Source: Pirellulales bacterium
GTDB taxonomy: Bacteria > Planctomycetota > Planctomycetia > Pirellulales > PALSA-1355
Length of the DNA stretch: 64,000 nt
Direction: 5' to 3'
Assembly: GCA_022844125.1 (NCBI GenBank)
Contig: JALHMI010000017.1
Span: 93,687 to 157,686 of the forward strand
Part shown: positions 47,959-57,554 of the stretch, piece by piece
How the letters are laid out: each line of letters opens with the position of its first letter
Position numbering within the stretch: position 1 is the stretch's first letter
Notes under the pieces: generated by a model
The model's database searches: none
Seen by the model: the letters and a program-made list of their open reading frames with translations, nothing else
What the model was told of the DNA's origin: nothing
Translations under genes and position numbers: made by a program

Positions 47959-48580
47959 GTACTACGGCACGCTGGCCTCGCTGGCACCAGGTGGCGACCT
48001 GGTCGTCACGCTCGACGACATTGATCGCAATGGCGTGAGCTTGAGTCATGCGCTCGTTCTGCTACCGGCGCTGGCCAGTCTTGGCAGAAGGGGGACTGGG
48101 CTCGTCCTACAGATTACTGGGGGAAGAGCTTTTCGGGTACCGAAGGAGTTACTCGAGAAGCTTGTCAAGTTGCCCAAAAAGGCTCTGGACAAACTAGCCG
48201 CGAAGGTTCGGCATGCAAAGACCCCAGAAGAAGCCATCGATATACTCGATGGTCACGTTAAGCGGGTACACGGGCACCATATCGCCACCGACAAAAACTG
48301 GGTATCACCGCTACGTGGCGGTCCTTGGTCGCCGCGATTCGCAGAGATTTTTGAACGCGCGGGCATGACACTGACGGATGCAGAGAACGTTGTCAAGCTT
48401 CCTGGACATAAAGGTCCACATTCAGAGCAATACCACAGGCGAATCTACACCCTTCTTAAGACCGCTACAGATGGCAAGCGGGGGGCGACGTACAAGAAGG
48501 CGCTGGTAGACGAGTTGAAGCGAATTGCTAAAGAAGTTAAGACGAAAGGAACGGAGCTCAACCGGCTTCTATTCGAGTAA
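47957..48580 (+). CDS. Orphan polymorphic-toxin C-terminal cassette (AHH-type HNH/EndoVII nuclease)
   Basis: Begins, with no ATG, exactly at the conserved YYGTLASLAPGGDLVVTLDDIDRNGVSLSHAL segment. The C-terminus has GHHIATDKN ... LPGHKGPHSEQYH, an AHH-like motif pair. Confidence 0.6.
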   Translation: MYYGTLASLAPGGDLVVTLDDIDRNGVSLSHALVLLPALASLGRRGTGLVLQITGGRAFRVPKELLEKLVKLPKKALDKLAAKVRHAKTPEEAIDILDGHVKRVHGHHIATDKNWVSPLRGGPWSPRFAEIFERAGMTLTDAENVVKLPGHKGPHSEQYHRRIYTLLKTATDGKRGATYKKALVDELKRIAKEVKTKGTELNRLLFE

Positions 48581-48585
48581 CGATC

Positions 48586-49161
48586 ATGTCGGAATATATG
48601 AAATACTTTGAGGTGCAAGAGGAGTTGACGCTCCACGCCGACCAATGGTTTCTCAGGCGTCCGAGATCCGCAACTGGCGAGGTGCTGTACCCAGACGAAT
48701 TCACTGTGGGAGTGCCGTACACTGGTCCCGTTCCAGTGACATTGGAGATTGGACAGAAGGGCAAGGAGGTGCAGTTCCATCTAGCGGCCTTCAGTATGCC
48801 GGTCGTTTCACGAAAGATCGCGAATATTATTCGTAGCATCGCTCCCGGTCATGCAGAGTTCTTCCCCGTCGACATCGTTGGAGCTGAAAACAAATACGAA
48901 ATCATGAATGTCACTTGTCTTATAGACAGCCTGGACGAGGACAAGTCGGATTTTACAGTTTGGAAAGAAGAAGACGGACGACCTGACTTAGTCGGCCAGT
49001 ACCAAATGATTTTACAGGCACGCATTGACGGTAGCCGAGCGGCGCGGCATCCAATCTTCAGGCTGTCAAAGTTCAGCGTATCCTTGTTTGTCTCCGAGCA
49101 GATTCAGCAGGAACTTGAAGATAGGCCCAATCTGGGGGTCAAGTTCATTGATGCTAGCTAG
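48586..49161 (+). CDS. Imm11/DUF1629-like immunity protein
   Basis: 191 aa, 5 nt after the orphan toxin stop. The layout (PVVSRKIANIIRSIAPGHAEFFPVDI ... YEIMNV ... IFRLSKFSVSLFVSEQIQQELE) fits the DUF1629 pattern. Confidence 0.55.
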   Translation: MSEYMKYFEVQEELTLHADQWFLRRPRSATGEVLYPDEFTVGVPYTGPVPVTLEIGQKGKEVQFHLAAFSMPVVSRKIANIIRSIAPGHAEFFPVDIVGAENKYEIMNVTCLIDSLDEDKSDFTVWKEEDGRPDLVGQYQMILQARIDGSRAARHPIFRLSKFSVSLFVSEQIQQELEDRPNLGVKFIDAS

Positions 49162-49293
49162 ACGCGACCCGGTTCGAAATACGAGCCTTGGATCTCAGTT
49201 GATACCGACTAAGGTTGGTGAAATTGGAAGATCGACAGAGCCTTAGAGAGAGATTCTTCCCGCAACCTGAGTCCACATGCGTAGCGAGTGTGA

Positions 49294-50115
49294 TCACTCC
49301 CCTGCCACAATCCCGCGGATAATCGCGCGGACTTTGGGAGCGGCGGTGGTCGCGACGTGCTCGACTTCGCTCGATTTTGCGCCGGACAGCGCTTCGGGAC
49401 GGCATTCGTTGGTCACGACCGAGAGCGCCAGCACGCGCAGGCCGCATTGCCGGGCGGCGATCACTTCGTGAACGGTCGACATCCCGACGGCGTCGGCGCC
49501 CAGGCGGCGAAACATCCGGTACTCAGCCCGCGTTTCGTAATTTGGTCCGAGCACGCCGACGTACACGCCGCGGTGAGCCACGAAGTCTTCGCGACGAGCA
49601 ATGGTCGCGGCGGCATCAAGTAGCTCGCGATCGAAAGGACGGCTCATGTCGGGGCAGCGGGTACCCAGCGAGTCATCGTGCTGACCAATCAAGGGGCCGT
49701 CGAACGTGAAGTTGATCTGATCTTCGACCAGCATCAGATCGCCGACGCGATAGTCGGGATTCATCCCGCCGCAAGCGTTCGAAATGATCATGGACTTGAC
49801 GCCGAGCTCGCACAGCACGCGCACCGGGAAGGCGATCTGCGCGGCCGAGTGCCCCTCGTAGCCGTGACAGCGGCCGGCCATCGCCACGATCGGCACGCCC
49901 GCGATGCGACCGAGAATCAGCAGCCCGCGATGCGTGGGCGCGGTCGGCGCGACGAAGCCAGGAATCTCTTCGTACGGCAGCTCGAGCAGCGACTCGATTT
50001 CGTGCGCGAAGTCGGAAAGGCCGGTGCCGAGAATGATCCCCACGCGCGGACGCGGATGCCCGTGAGCCCCGATGGCTGCGGCGGCGCGCTCGACCTGCTG
50101 GCTGATCGAATCCAT
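49294..50115 (-). CDS. Purine nucleoside phosphorylase (PunA/trimeric PNP family)
   Basis: 273 aa. GIILGTGLS, HRGLLILGRIAGVPIVAMAGRCHGYEGH, NACGGMNP and MSTVHEVIAARQCGL are PNP-I family motifs. Confidence 0.85.
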   Translation of the reverse strand: MDSISQQVERAAAAIGAHGHPRPRVGIILGTGLSDFAHEIESLLELPYEEIPGFVAPTAPTHRGLLILGRIAGVPIVAMAGRCHGYEGHSAAQIAFPVRVLCELGVKSMIISNACGGMNPDYRVGDLMLVEDQINFTFDGPLIGQHDDSLGTRCPDMSRPFDRELLDAAATIARREDFVAHRGVYVGVLGPNYETRAEYRMFRRLGADAVGMSTVHEVIAARQCGLRVLALSVVTNECRPEALSGAKSSEVEHVATTAAPKVRAIIRGIVAGE

Positions 50116-50129
50116 ACGCGAGCCGGCGT

Positions 50130-50960
50130 TTAGGTGGCGAAGTCGGCCAGAATGCCCAGGATGATCTTGCGCAGCTTGGGCTCGGCCTCGTTCGCGGTGG
50201 CGATGATCTCAGCGACGTCGACCGGCTTGAGCGCGTCGGGAAAACAGATGTCCGTAACGATCGAGAGTCCCAGCACGCGCAGGCCGGCATGCACGGCGAC
50301 CAGCACCTCGGGTACGGTCGACATGCCCACGGCGTCCGCGCCGATCAGACGCAGGAAGCGATACTCGGCCCGGGTCTCCAGGTTCGGCCCCTGCACGGCG
50401 ACGAACACGCCTTTGTGCGCGGGGAAGTCCTCGCGGCGGGCGATCGCTTGCGCCCGGTCGATCAGCTCGGGATCGTATGGCCGGGCCATGTCCGGGAAGC
50501 GGGGACCGAGGCGGTCGTCGTTGATGCCGACCAGCGGATTGCTCCCCATCAGGTTGATGTGGTCGTCGATGACCATGATGTCGCCGCAGGCGAAGTTGGG
50601 GTTCATGCCCCCGCAGGCGTTGGTGACGATCAGCAACTCGCAGCCGAGGGCCTTCATCACGCGCACCGGCAGCGTGATCGCGTCGAGCGGGTAGCCTTCG
50701 TAGGCGTGGAAGCGACCTTCCATGGCCATCACGCTGGCGCCGTTGAGCTTGCCGCAGACCAGGCGGCCTTTGTGGCCCGTGGCGGTGGGCTTGAGGAAGT
50801 GCGGGATCGCGGCGTAATCGATCGAGGTCTCCACTTCGATCTTTTCAGCCAGCGGTCCGATGCCGGTGCCGAGGATGATGCCGACGCGCGGCCTCGCGCC
50901 GGGCCACTGACCGCGGATGGCGGCGGCGGCGGCTTCGATTTGATCGTAGAGGTGCAGCAT
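50130..50960 (-). CDS. Purine nucleoside phosphorylase paralog
   Basis: 276 aa. Same motif set (GIILGTGIG, HKGRLVCGKLNGASVMAMEGRFHAYEGY, NACGGMNP, MSTVPEVLVAVHAGL). Confidence 0.85.
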   Translation of the reverse strand: MLHLYDQIEAAAAAIRGQWPGARPRVGIILGTGIGPLAEKIEVETSIDYAAIPHFLKPTATGHKGRLVCGKLNGASVMAMEGRFHAYEGYPLDAITLPVRVMKALGCELLIVTNACGGMNPNFACGDIMVIDDHINLMGSNPLVGINDDRLGPRFPDMARPYDPELIDRAQAIARREDFPAHKGVFVAVQGPNLETRAEYRFLRLIGADAVGMSTVPEVLVAVHAGLRVLGLSIVTDICFPDALKPVDVAEIIATANEAEPKLRKIILGILADFAT

Positions 50961-51193
50961 AAGAGAATCTGTCGGGCGAGGGGGCGTTTAGCTGATACAG
51001 AGGCTTGGCGAGGGGGCTCTAGTTCGGTTGCGTGGCGCAGTGTAACCTGTTGCCGCGCGAGATGCCAAGGACCGCTAACGTTTCCCTTGCAAAGCCGTCC
51101 GCGGCGGCCCATGATCAAGATGCCTTGCGATTTGCTTTGGCATTGCGAGTTAAATTACTGCGGCTGGCGGGCCGCTTGCGGGCGAAAGCACGT

Positions 51194-52252
51194 ATGCAGT
51201 CCTCCATGCGAACGCTTCTGCGGGGCGCGACTTTCTTTGCGCTCACCAGCGTGATTGGCACGCTGGGCTACATCTCGGCCGGATGGGAGCCCCTCGACGC
51301 GGCCTACATGACCGTGATCACGATCTTTGGCGTGGGATTCGGCGAGGTGCATTCTCTGGACAACGATCCGAAGCTGCGGGTGTTCACGATGTTTGTGATC
51401 GTGGCGGGCTGTTCGAGCGTGATCTATTTCATCGGCGGCCTTGTGCAGATGGTCGCCGAAGGTGAGTTCAACCGTGTCCTGGGAGCCAGACGCATGACTA
51501 AGGGGATCGAACAGCTCACGAACCACATTATCCTGTGCGGCTATGGACGCGTGGGCCAGCACCTGGCCCGCGAACTGCGCGCGGTTGGTCAGACGCCGGT
51601 GATCGTGGATTCGGATACCGAACGGCTGCGCGAGGCTGAAGCGGAGGGGTACCTGGTGCTGGTGGGCGATTGCACCGAGGAAGCGGTGCTCATCACCGCC
51701 GGCATCGCTCGGGCCCGGGTGGTGGCGAGCGTGCTGTCGAGCGATGCGGCCAACGTGTTTCTGACGCTCACCGCGCGGCAGCTCAACGGCGAGGTGGAGA
51801 TCATCGCCCGGGCCGAGGCGCCCGTGAACGAGAAGAAGCTGTATCGATCGGGGGCGAATCGTGTGGTGCTGCCGACGGCGATCGGCGCGACGAAGATCGC
51901 GAACATGATCACGCATCCCTCGGCCGAGTCGCTGCTGACGGACGCGGCGGGACGCGAGCAGCTCAACGAGGATTTGCAACTGTTTGGACTGAAGCTGCAG
52001 GAGTTCAGCGTGGCGGCGGGGAGCGAACTGGTGGGGCGGCCGCTGGCCGAGGCCGAATCGCGCGGACAAGGGGGCGTGGTGATCGTGGCTATCCGGCATC
52101 GCGATGGGACGATGGAGATCTCTCCGAGCCTGGAGCTTGTGCTGGCGGCCGAGGATACGATCTTTGTGATGGGGCACGGCGAGCAGGTCCTCGCGATCGC
52201 TCGCAAGGCGGGGAGTGATCGGGGGATCATGTTCCGCGGGGCACGGATGTAG
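51194..52252 (+). CDS. Potassium channel protein with RCK (TrkA-N/TrkA-C) domains
   Basis: ATG at 51194. Pore/selectivity-filter-like TIFGVGFGEV. Rossmann ILCGYGRVGQ. Confidence 0.8.
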   Translation: MQSSMRTLLRGATFFALTSVIGTLGYISAGWEPLDAAYMTVITIFGVGFGEVHSLDNDPKLRVFTMFVIVAGCSSVIYFIGGLVQMVAEGEFNRVLGARRMTKGIEQLTNHIILCGYGRVGQHLARELRAVGQTPVIVDSDTERLREAEAEGYLVLVGDCTEEAVLITAGIARARVVASVLSSDAANVFLTLTARQLNGEVEIIARAEAPVNEKKLYRSGANRVVLPTAIGATKIANMITHPSAESLLTDAAGREQLNEDLQLFGLKLQEFSVAAGSELVGRPLAEAESRGQGGVVIVAIRHRDGTMEISPSLELVLAAEDTIFVMGHGEQVLAIARKAGSDRGIMFRGARM

Positions 52253-52426
52253 CCGCTCGTGCCGCAGATGCTGGCATGGGAAGGCGGAGCGAGCTTGAGT
52301 TTGCCGCCGGGGCGGACTAAATTGGCAGACGCTGCCGGACCCCCTCGAACCGGGACCTCTCCCGCTCCGCCGGCCGCGCTGGCCGAACCAGCTCACGCTT
52401 CCCTCAACCGCAAGGAGTCGACAGCC

Positions 52427-53323
52427 ATGCTGCGACGATCAGCCGCGCTCATTGCGCTTTGTGCCATTCTGGCCGCCACCGTAGCCCGCGCTGCCGAAGA
52501 GCACTTCTTCGACTCGGACGGCGTGAAGATTCGTTACGTCGAGGCTGGCGAAGGAGAACCGGTCATCCTGGTTCACGGCTTCACCGCGAGCGCGATGGTG
52601 CAGTGGCAACTGCCCGGCATCTTCACCAAGCTGGCGCAGGATTACCGCGTGATTGCAATCGACAATCGCGGTCACGGCAAGAGTGACAAGCCGCACGATC
52701 CGGCCGAGTATGGCCCGAAGATGGTGCAGGATGTGATCAACCTGATGGATCACCTGAAGCTCGACAAGGCGCACATCGTGGGCTACTCGATGGGCGGATT
52801 CATGACCGGCTACATGATCGCGAATCACCCGGACCGGATCATTTCGGCGACGATGGGTGGCGCCGGCTGGTCGCAGGCCGATGATCCGCGGCTGGCATTC
52901 ATCGAAGACCTGGCCAAGAGTCTGGACGAAGGAAAAGGCGTCGGTCCCTTGATCATTCAGCTCACGCCGGCGAATCGGCCGAAGCCGACCGAGGAGCAAA
53001 TCGCCCTGATCAACAAGATGCTCACCTCCACGAACGATCAGAAGGCGCTGGCGGCGTGCATCCGAGGCATGCTGAAGCTGGAAGTTCCGGAAGCGAAGCT
53101 GAAGGCCAACCAGGTGCCGGTGCTGGCGATCATTGGTGACCTTGATCCGCTGAAGGCTGGAGTGGACGAGATGCAGTCGCGGATGTCGAACCTCAAGGTG
53201 TGCGTGATTGACGGCGCGGATCACATGACGTGCTTCACGAACCGGAAGTTCGTCGAAGACTTGAAGGCCTTCTTGGCCGAGCATGCCGCGGAGCCGGCGA
53301 CGGTGAGCGCCGGGGCGAACTGA
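52427..53323 (+). CDS. Secreted alpha/beta hydrolase
   Basis: ATG at 52427 with a signal peptide. HGFTAS oxyanion region and GYSMGG nucleophile elbow. Confidence 0.8.
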   Translation: MLRRSAALIALCAILAATVARAAEEHFFDSDGVKIRYVEAGEGEPVILVHGFTASAMVQWQLPGIFTKLAQDYRVIAIDNRGHGKSDKPHDPAEYGPKMVQDVINLMDHLKLDKAHIVGYSMGGFMTGYMIANHPDRIISATMGGAGWSQADDPRLAFIEDLAKSLDEGKGVGPLIIQLTPANRPKPTEEQIALINKMLTSTNDQKALAACIRGMLKLEVPEAKLKANQVPVLAIIGDLDPLKAGVDEMQSRMSNLKVCVIDGADHMTCFTNRKFVEDLKAFLAEHAAEPATVSAGAN

Positions 53324-53362
53324 AAAGTCGACGCCGCTTCGGGGGAATTGCGATCCTAGCGA

Positions 53363-54565
53363 TCAAGCGCGCCGGCGGAGCGGCCGCAAGCGCGCCAGCA
53401 GGAGTGCGGTCGCGCCTAGCGCCGCCAGCAGGACGCTGGATGGTTCGGGGACGGTGGCCAGTGCGCCCAGCGGCATCGCCATAGGCGCTGCTGTTGGCAA
53501 GTCGGCCAAGCGGCGAATTTCACCGAACACGGCCAGGATGTCTTGCGGGTTCCCGCGCTCGTCGCCATTGACGTCGTACCAGGGAAGTCCGTCGCCGCGG
53601 AGGCCGGCAAGGTCCATGAAGTCCTGGCGGCGAATCAGTTCGTTGATAACGGCCAGCGCATCGCGCGACTCCACGCGACCGTTGTTGTTGACGTCGAACC
53701 GGTTGGTCCGGTTCTGCCAGGACGGGCGATTGACCATGCTCAGGATATCGTTGCGATAGTAAGCCAGATCCGCCATCGCGGATTGCGAGCCGTAGGTGAC
53801 GATGCCCGCGGGCTGGTTGACGAGCGGCTGGCTGGTGATCATGATGCCCGCCAAGAGCCAGCCATCGTCGCTGCCGATGAACACGCCGCCACCGGAATCA
53901 CCGGGCGTGGCCTGAGCTTCGAACGTGGTGCCCTCGCGGTCGAACTTGGTCATGAAGACTTGTGTGGCGTCCGACGTGCGATACGCGGAGTTGTTGGAAA
54001 CGAAGTTTTGCCCCCAGCGCTTCGTCGAGCTGTCCACCAGGTGGTGACCCAACACGTCGGCCGAGAGCGGCGACGTCTCGGTCCACTGGACAGTCTGGCC
54101 AGGCGCCGCCAAATCCCAGCCGCGCAAGGTCGGAGCGCGATCGGTACCCGAGCCGATCATCATCACCTGGGTACCGACGGTGGGAGCGGTGGTGGCGATG
54201 TTCATCGCGGGGAGGCCGGGATCCTGGGTCAGGCGAAACATCCGCAGGTCGGGCGAGGCGGGTTTGCCGATGTTTTTGACGCGGTAGTTGTATTCGGCGG
54301 AGGCGGTGAACGAGCGGCCATCGGAAAGTGAGAAGGTACTTCCACTGACGTGTTCGGCTGTAATTACCCAGCCGCGGCCGAGGTACACAGCGCTGCCGCC
54401 TCCCACCTCCCCGACGTTTAGCCAGCCGGGGTCATTCGCGGGTGCTTTCACGTTGGCGATGTCCGTGGCGGAGGAGATGACCACCGCGAAGGTTGGCGCC
54501 GAAGAGACGCCTGAGAGCAGAGCGACGGCGCACAGCCGCGCAAGGTACAGAATTTGCCTGGACAT
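53363..54565 (-). CDS. Trypsin-like serine peptidase with dockerin-like repeats and a PEP-CTERM anchor
   Basis: ATG at 54565 with a signal peptide. Catalytic GDSGGGVF. DVNNNGRVESRDAL and DVNGDERGNPQDIL are dockerin-like. C-terminal VPEPSSVLL...RRRA is PEP-CTERM. Confidence 0.7.
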   Translation of the reverse strand: MSRQILYLARLCAVALLSGVSSAPTFAVVISSATDIANVKAPANDPGWLNVGEVGGGSAVYLGRGWVITAEHVSGSTFSLSDGRSFTASAEYNYRVKNIGKPASPDLRMFRLTQDPGLPAMNIATTAPTVGTQVMMIGSGTDRAPTLRGWDLAAPGQTVQWTETSPLSADVLGHHLVDSSTKRWGQNFVSNNSAYRTSDATQVFMTKFDREGTTFEAQATPGDSGGGVFIGSDDGWLLAGIMITSQPLVNQPAGIVTYGSQSAMADLAYYRNDILSMVNRPSWQNRTNRFDVNNNGRVESRDALAVINELIRRQDFMDLAGLRGDGLPWYDVNGDERGNPQDILAVFGEIRRLADLPTAAPMAMPLGALATVPEPSSVLLAALGATALLLARLRPLRRRA

Positions 54566-54725
54566 AAGTGAGCAACTCGCGAGCACGGAATCGAAGTGGC
54601 GGGTCAGTATTGCAGGACGTGCCGATAGCATCGAACGGTTCTGTTTTAGGTGAGTTCCAGCCTAACGGCCAGCGCCGCGGTTTTCCAGGATAAATTCGCC
54701 CTCCGGCACTGCCTTCTGGCCCATG

Positions 54726-55766
54726 CTATCGTAGGTCGACCACCAGCGGACGATGATCCGAACCGACATCCGGACCGACCCAGGCCCGGACGCAGGTCCA
54801 GGGCGGACTGAACAACACGTGATCGATGCGAGCGCCGTAGATCCAGCCGTGAGCTTCGGTAAATTTGGTGAATCCGAGGCCCCAGCCGGCAGTTGAGAAG
54901 GCGTTGGCGAGCCCGCTCCAGTCGCGGCGAAAAATCAGGCTGTCGACGGGCGTATTGAAATCTCCAACAACGATCTTGGGCCCGGGATGCTCGAGCACCC
55001 AGTGGCTGAGCGATTGCGACTCCTCAGCGCGCAAGCGCAGGATCGCCTCCAAAGCCGGCAGCCCGGCGCGGTCGATGCCGCGACGCGAATCCAGTACGGC
55101 CTCGAGTCCGGGACGGGGCGTGATCAGGTGCAAGTTGAACAGTTGCAACTCGCCATTGGGCAGCTCCACGCGAAACAACGCGACCGCGGGTTTGTTGGGG
55201 ATGGAAGGACGCATGGCAAAGTCGGCTCGGGTGACCGGATGCGGACTGGCCACGAGCAGCTCGTCGAATCGCACGACATTCCAGCCTTCGGGCCACACCT
55301 GGGGCGGAGGGTCCCGCTTGCATTCCTGCAGCGCAACAATGTCGGGATCGAGCGAGCGGATAAGCACGGCCAGCGAGCTTACGCTGTAGCGCTGTTGATC
55401 GACATTGCAGGTGACGATTCGCAATTTGTACGGGGCATTGGGCTGCGGCAGATTCAGACGAAAGCCGCACAGCGGAACGACGGCGATCGCCAGCGAGATG
55501 ACGAGCACCCACCATAGGCGCCGTTGCCAGATGGCGGCCAGCGGTCCCAGCAGCGCAAGCGGCAGGACGCACAGCCAGCGCGGCCCGAACAGAAAGATCG
55601 TCGCCCAGGGTCCGCGGTCGCCGCGGTAGCGCATCCAGAGCCAGAGTGCGATGATCAGAACCAGGTACGCCCAGATGGCCAACGCCACGAGGCGTGTCCA
55701 CCGGCTGCGCGGCTGCGGGACGTTCGCCGTGGGGGCGGTGCGTGCTGGTGTGCCTTCCGTGATCAT
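54726..55766 (-). CDS. Membrane-anchored endonuclease/exonuclease/phosphatase (EEP) family protein
   Basis: N-terminal TM segments. EEP motifs VTCNVD, LQEC, GDFNTP, and IDHVLFS...SDHRPLVVDL. Confidence 0.75.
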   Translation of the reverse strand: MITEGTPARTAPTANVPQPRSRWTRLVALAIWAYLVLIIALWLWMRYRGDRGPWATIFLFGPRWLCVLPLALLGPLAAIWQRRLWWVLVISLAIAVVPLCGFRLNLPQPNAPYKLRIVTCNVDQQRYSVSSLAVLIRSLDPDIVALQECKRDPPPQVWPEGWNVVRFDELLVASPHPVTRADFAMRPSIPNKPAVALFRVELPNGELQLFNLHLITPRPGLEAVLDSRRGIDRAGLPALEAILRLRAEESQSLSHWVLEHPGPKIVVGDFNTPVDSLIFRRDWSGLANAFSTAGWGLGFTKFTEAHGWIYGARIDHVLFSPPWTCVRAWVGPDVGSDHRPLVVDLR

Positions 55767-55876
55767 GTCAGCTCGCGGCGAGGATTCGAAATCGAGCGAG
55801 CCGTTTACGCGACGATTCGCTTCGGTACGAGACTATTCTACCCGGCGGAAAAGGCCGCGCTGGTGTTGATCGAAAG

Positions 55877-56032
55877 CTACTCATCGCGATTCTGTTGTTT
55901 GAGGGCTTTCAGCCGGCGGAGCATGTGTTTAATGTCCAGGCCGCCGCGGATCGCGACGTAGATCGTCACCGTCGAGAACCAGGCGAGGCAGGCCGCCGTC
56001 ACGTACCACCAGAAAGTTGAGCCGTCGATCAT
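55877..56032 (-). CDS. Small single-TM protein coupled to the SSS transporter
   Basis: 51-aa ORF (MIDGSTFWWYVTAACLAWFSTVTIYVAI...). Its ATG overlaps the transporter stop (ATGA at 56030-56034). Confidence 0.45.
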   Translation of the reverse strand: MIDGSTFWWYVTAACLAWFSTVTIYVAIRGGLDIKHMLRRLKALKQQNRDE

Positions 56033-57501
56033 CACGCGATCCTCACACTCGAGCCGGGCTTCAGGTAACTGCCCAAGACCATGGCCAGGCCGGCGCCGAC
56101 AAAGGCTGCAATGCCCGCCCGTTCGGCGCCGATGTTCAGGGCCGCTTCGCGGGTGACGGGAATGGCTTCGAACACGAGGTAAGCGAAGGGAATCAGCGCT
56201 CCCAAAGTGATCGCGCCAGCCGCTCCCCAACTGTTCGCCCGCGGCCAGTAGCAGGCGGCCACGAGCAGCGTTGACATGCTGGCCAGGTAGATCGTGCCGG
56301 TGACGGTCAGATAGGTCCAGATCTCCTGCTGCAAGGGATACCACAGCCCATAGACCAGCAGGAACAAACCAATCAGCGCGATGATCGTGCGATTCCAGGC
56401 GAGCCCGCGCGGCTCGCTCCACCTGGTTTTGCGGAACGGGGCCATCAGGTCGTTATAGATGACACTGCCCCAGGTGAGCATGTAGGAGGAGTCCGTCGAC
56501 ATGTCGGCTGCCAGCATGGCCGCCACGAGCAGGCCCGTCACGCCCAGGGGCCAGGCCGTTTGCGCCAGAAAAGTTGGCATCGCGTGCGAGGTCGGGACGA
56601 TTCCCGGTCCCAGAGTTGCTAAGGCGGCGATGCCCCAAATGCCCGGGATCACGAACTGGCAGACGAAGAAGAAACTCGTGCGAGTGTAGACCTTCTGCCC
56701 GGTCTTGGCGTCTTTGGCCGAAAGCAATCGGGCGATGGTGGTTTGCCAGGTGAGCATCGCGGCGGCGTTTACCAGCATCTGAAAGATGATGTACGTCCAG
56801 CCGATGTTGGGATTCACGAATGGGTTGAAGCCGCCCGCGCCGTAGTTGGATTCGACGGTTGAAGCGAGCGTTTCCCAGGGGATGTTCATGAGCGTGAGCA
56901 CGGTGACGACGAGCATGCCCACGCTCATCACGAGGAACTGCAGGTAGTCGGTCACCAGGACCGAGAGCATGCCGCCTACGATCGTGTAGACACCGACCGC
57001 CACGAGCATCACGGTCATCGTGATTTCGAGGTACTGCTTGTCGATGTCACAGACAATGACCAGGAACTCGCCGCCGGTGCGAAGGAAGACGCCCATGTTC
57101 AAGAGTCCGCCGAGCACGATCACGACGCCGCTCCACCAGCGAATCTTGCTGCCGAAGCGTTTCTCGAAGAGTTCGGGAATGGTCATGACGCCCGACTCGC
57201 GCAGCGGCCGGACGCAGAAGCCGGTGAGGCCAATGAAGAGCATTGCGAGGAAGCCGCACACGCCCGCCACGGCTCCGGCGAAGCCGTGCTTGTAGCCCAG
57301 TTCGGCGCTCGACATGCAGGTGACGATGCCGAACTCGGTGGCGGCGAGGGAAGCCACACCGAGATACACGTCCATCTCGCGGCCGGCGACCAGAAAGTCC
57401 TCGACCTTGCCGATATACTTCCGAACACTCAGGCCGGCAAACATCGCCAGCGCAAAGTAAACCGCGATGATGCTGCCGTCGATCCAGGTGAAATTCGACA
57501 T
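56032..57501 (-). CDS. Sodium:solute symporter (SSS) family transporter
   Basis: ATG at 57501. About 13 TM segments. The N-terminal IDGSIIAVYFALAMFAGL is typical of the SSS family. Confidence 0.8.
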   Translation of the reverse strand: MSNFTWIDGSIIAVYFALAMFAGLSVRKYIGKVEDFLVAGREMDVYLGVASLAATEFGIVTCMSSAELGYKHGFAGAVAGVCGFLAMLFIGLTGFCVRPLRESGVMTIPELFEKRFGSKIRWWSGVVIVLGGLLNMGVFLRTGGEFLVIVCDIDKQYLEITMTVMLVAVGVYTIVGGMLSVLVTDYLQFLVMSVGMLVVTVLTLMNIPWETLASTVESNYGAGGFNPFVNPNIGWTYIIFQMLVNAAAMLTWQTTIARLLSAKDAKTGQKVYTRTSFFFVCQFVIPGIWGIAALATLGPGIVPTSHAMPTFLAQTAWPLGVTGLLVAAMLAADMSTDSSYMLTWGSVIYNDLMAPFRKTRWSEPRGLAWNRTIIALIGLFLLVYGLWYPLQQEIWTYLTVTGTIYLASMSTLLVAACYWPRANSWGAAGAITLGALIPFAYLVFEAIPVTREAALNIGAERAGIAAFVGAGLAMVLGSYLKPGSSVRIA

Positions 57502-57554
57502 GCGGGACAATGGGGGTGGGTGTGCGCGCCGTGTGAAAATCACGCAGGGACTTT

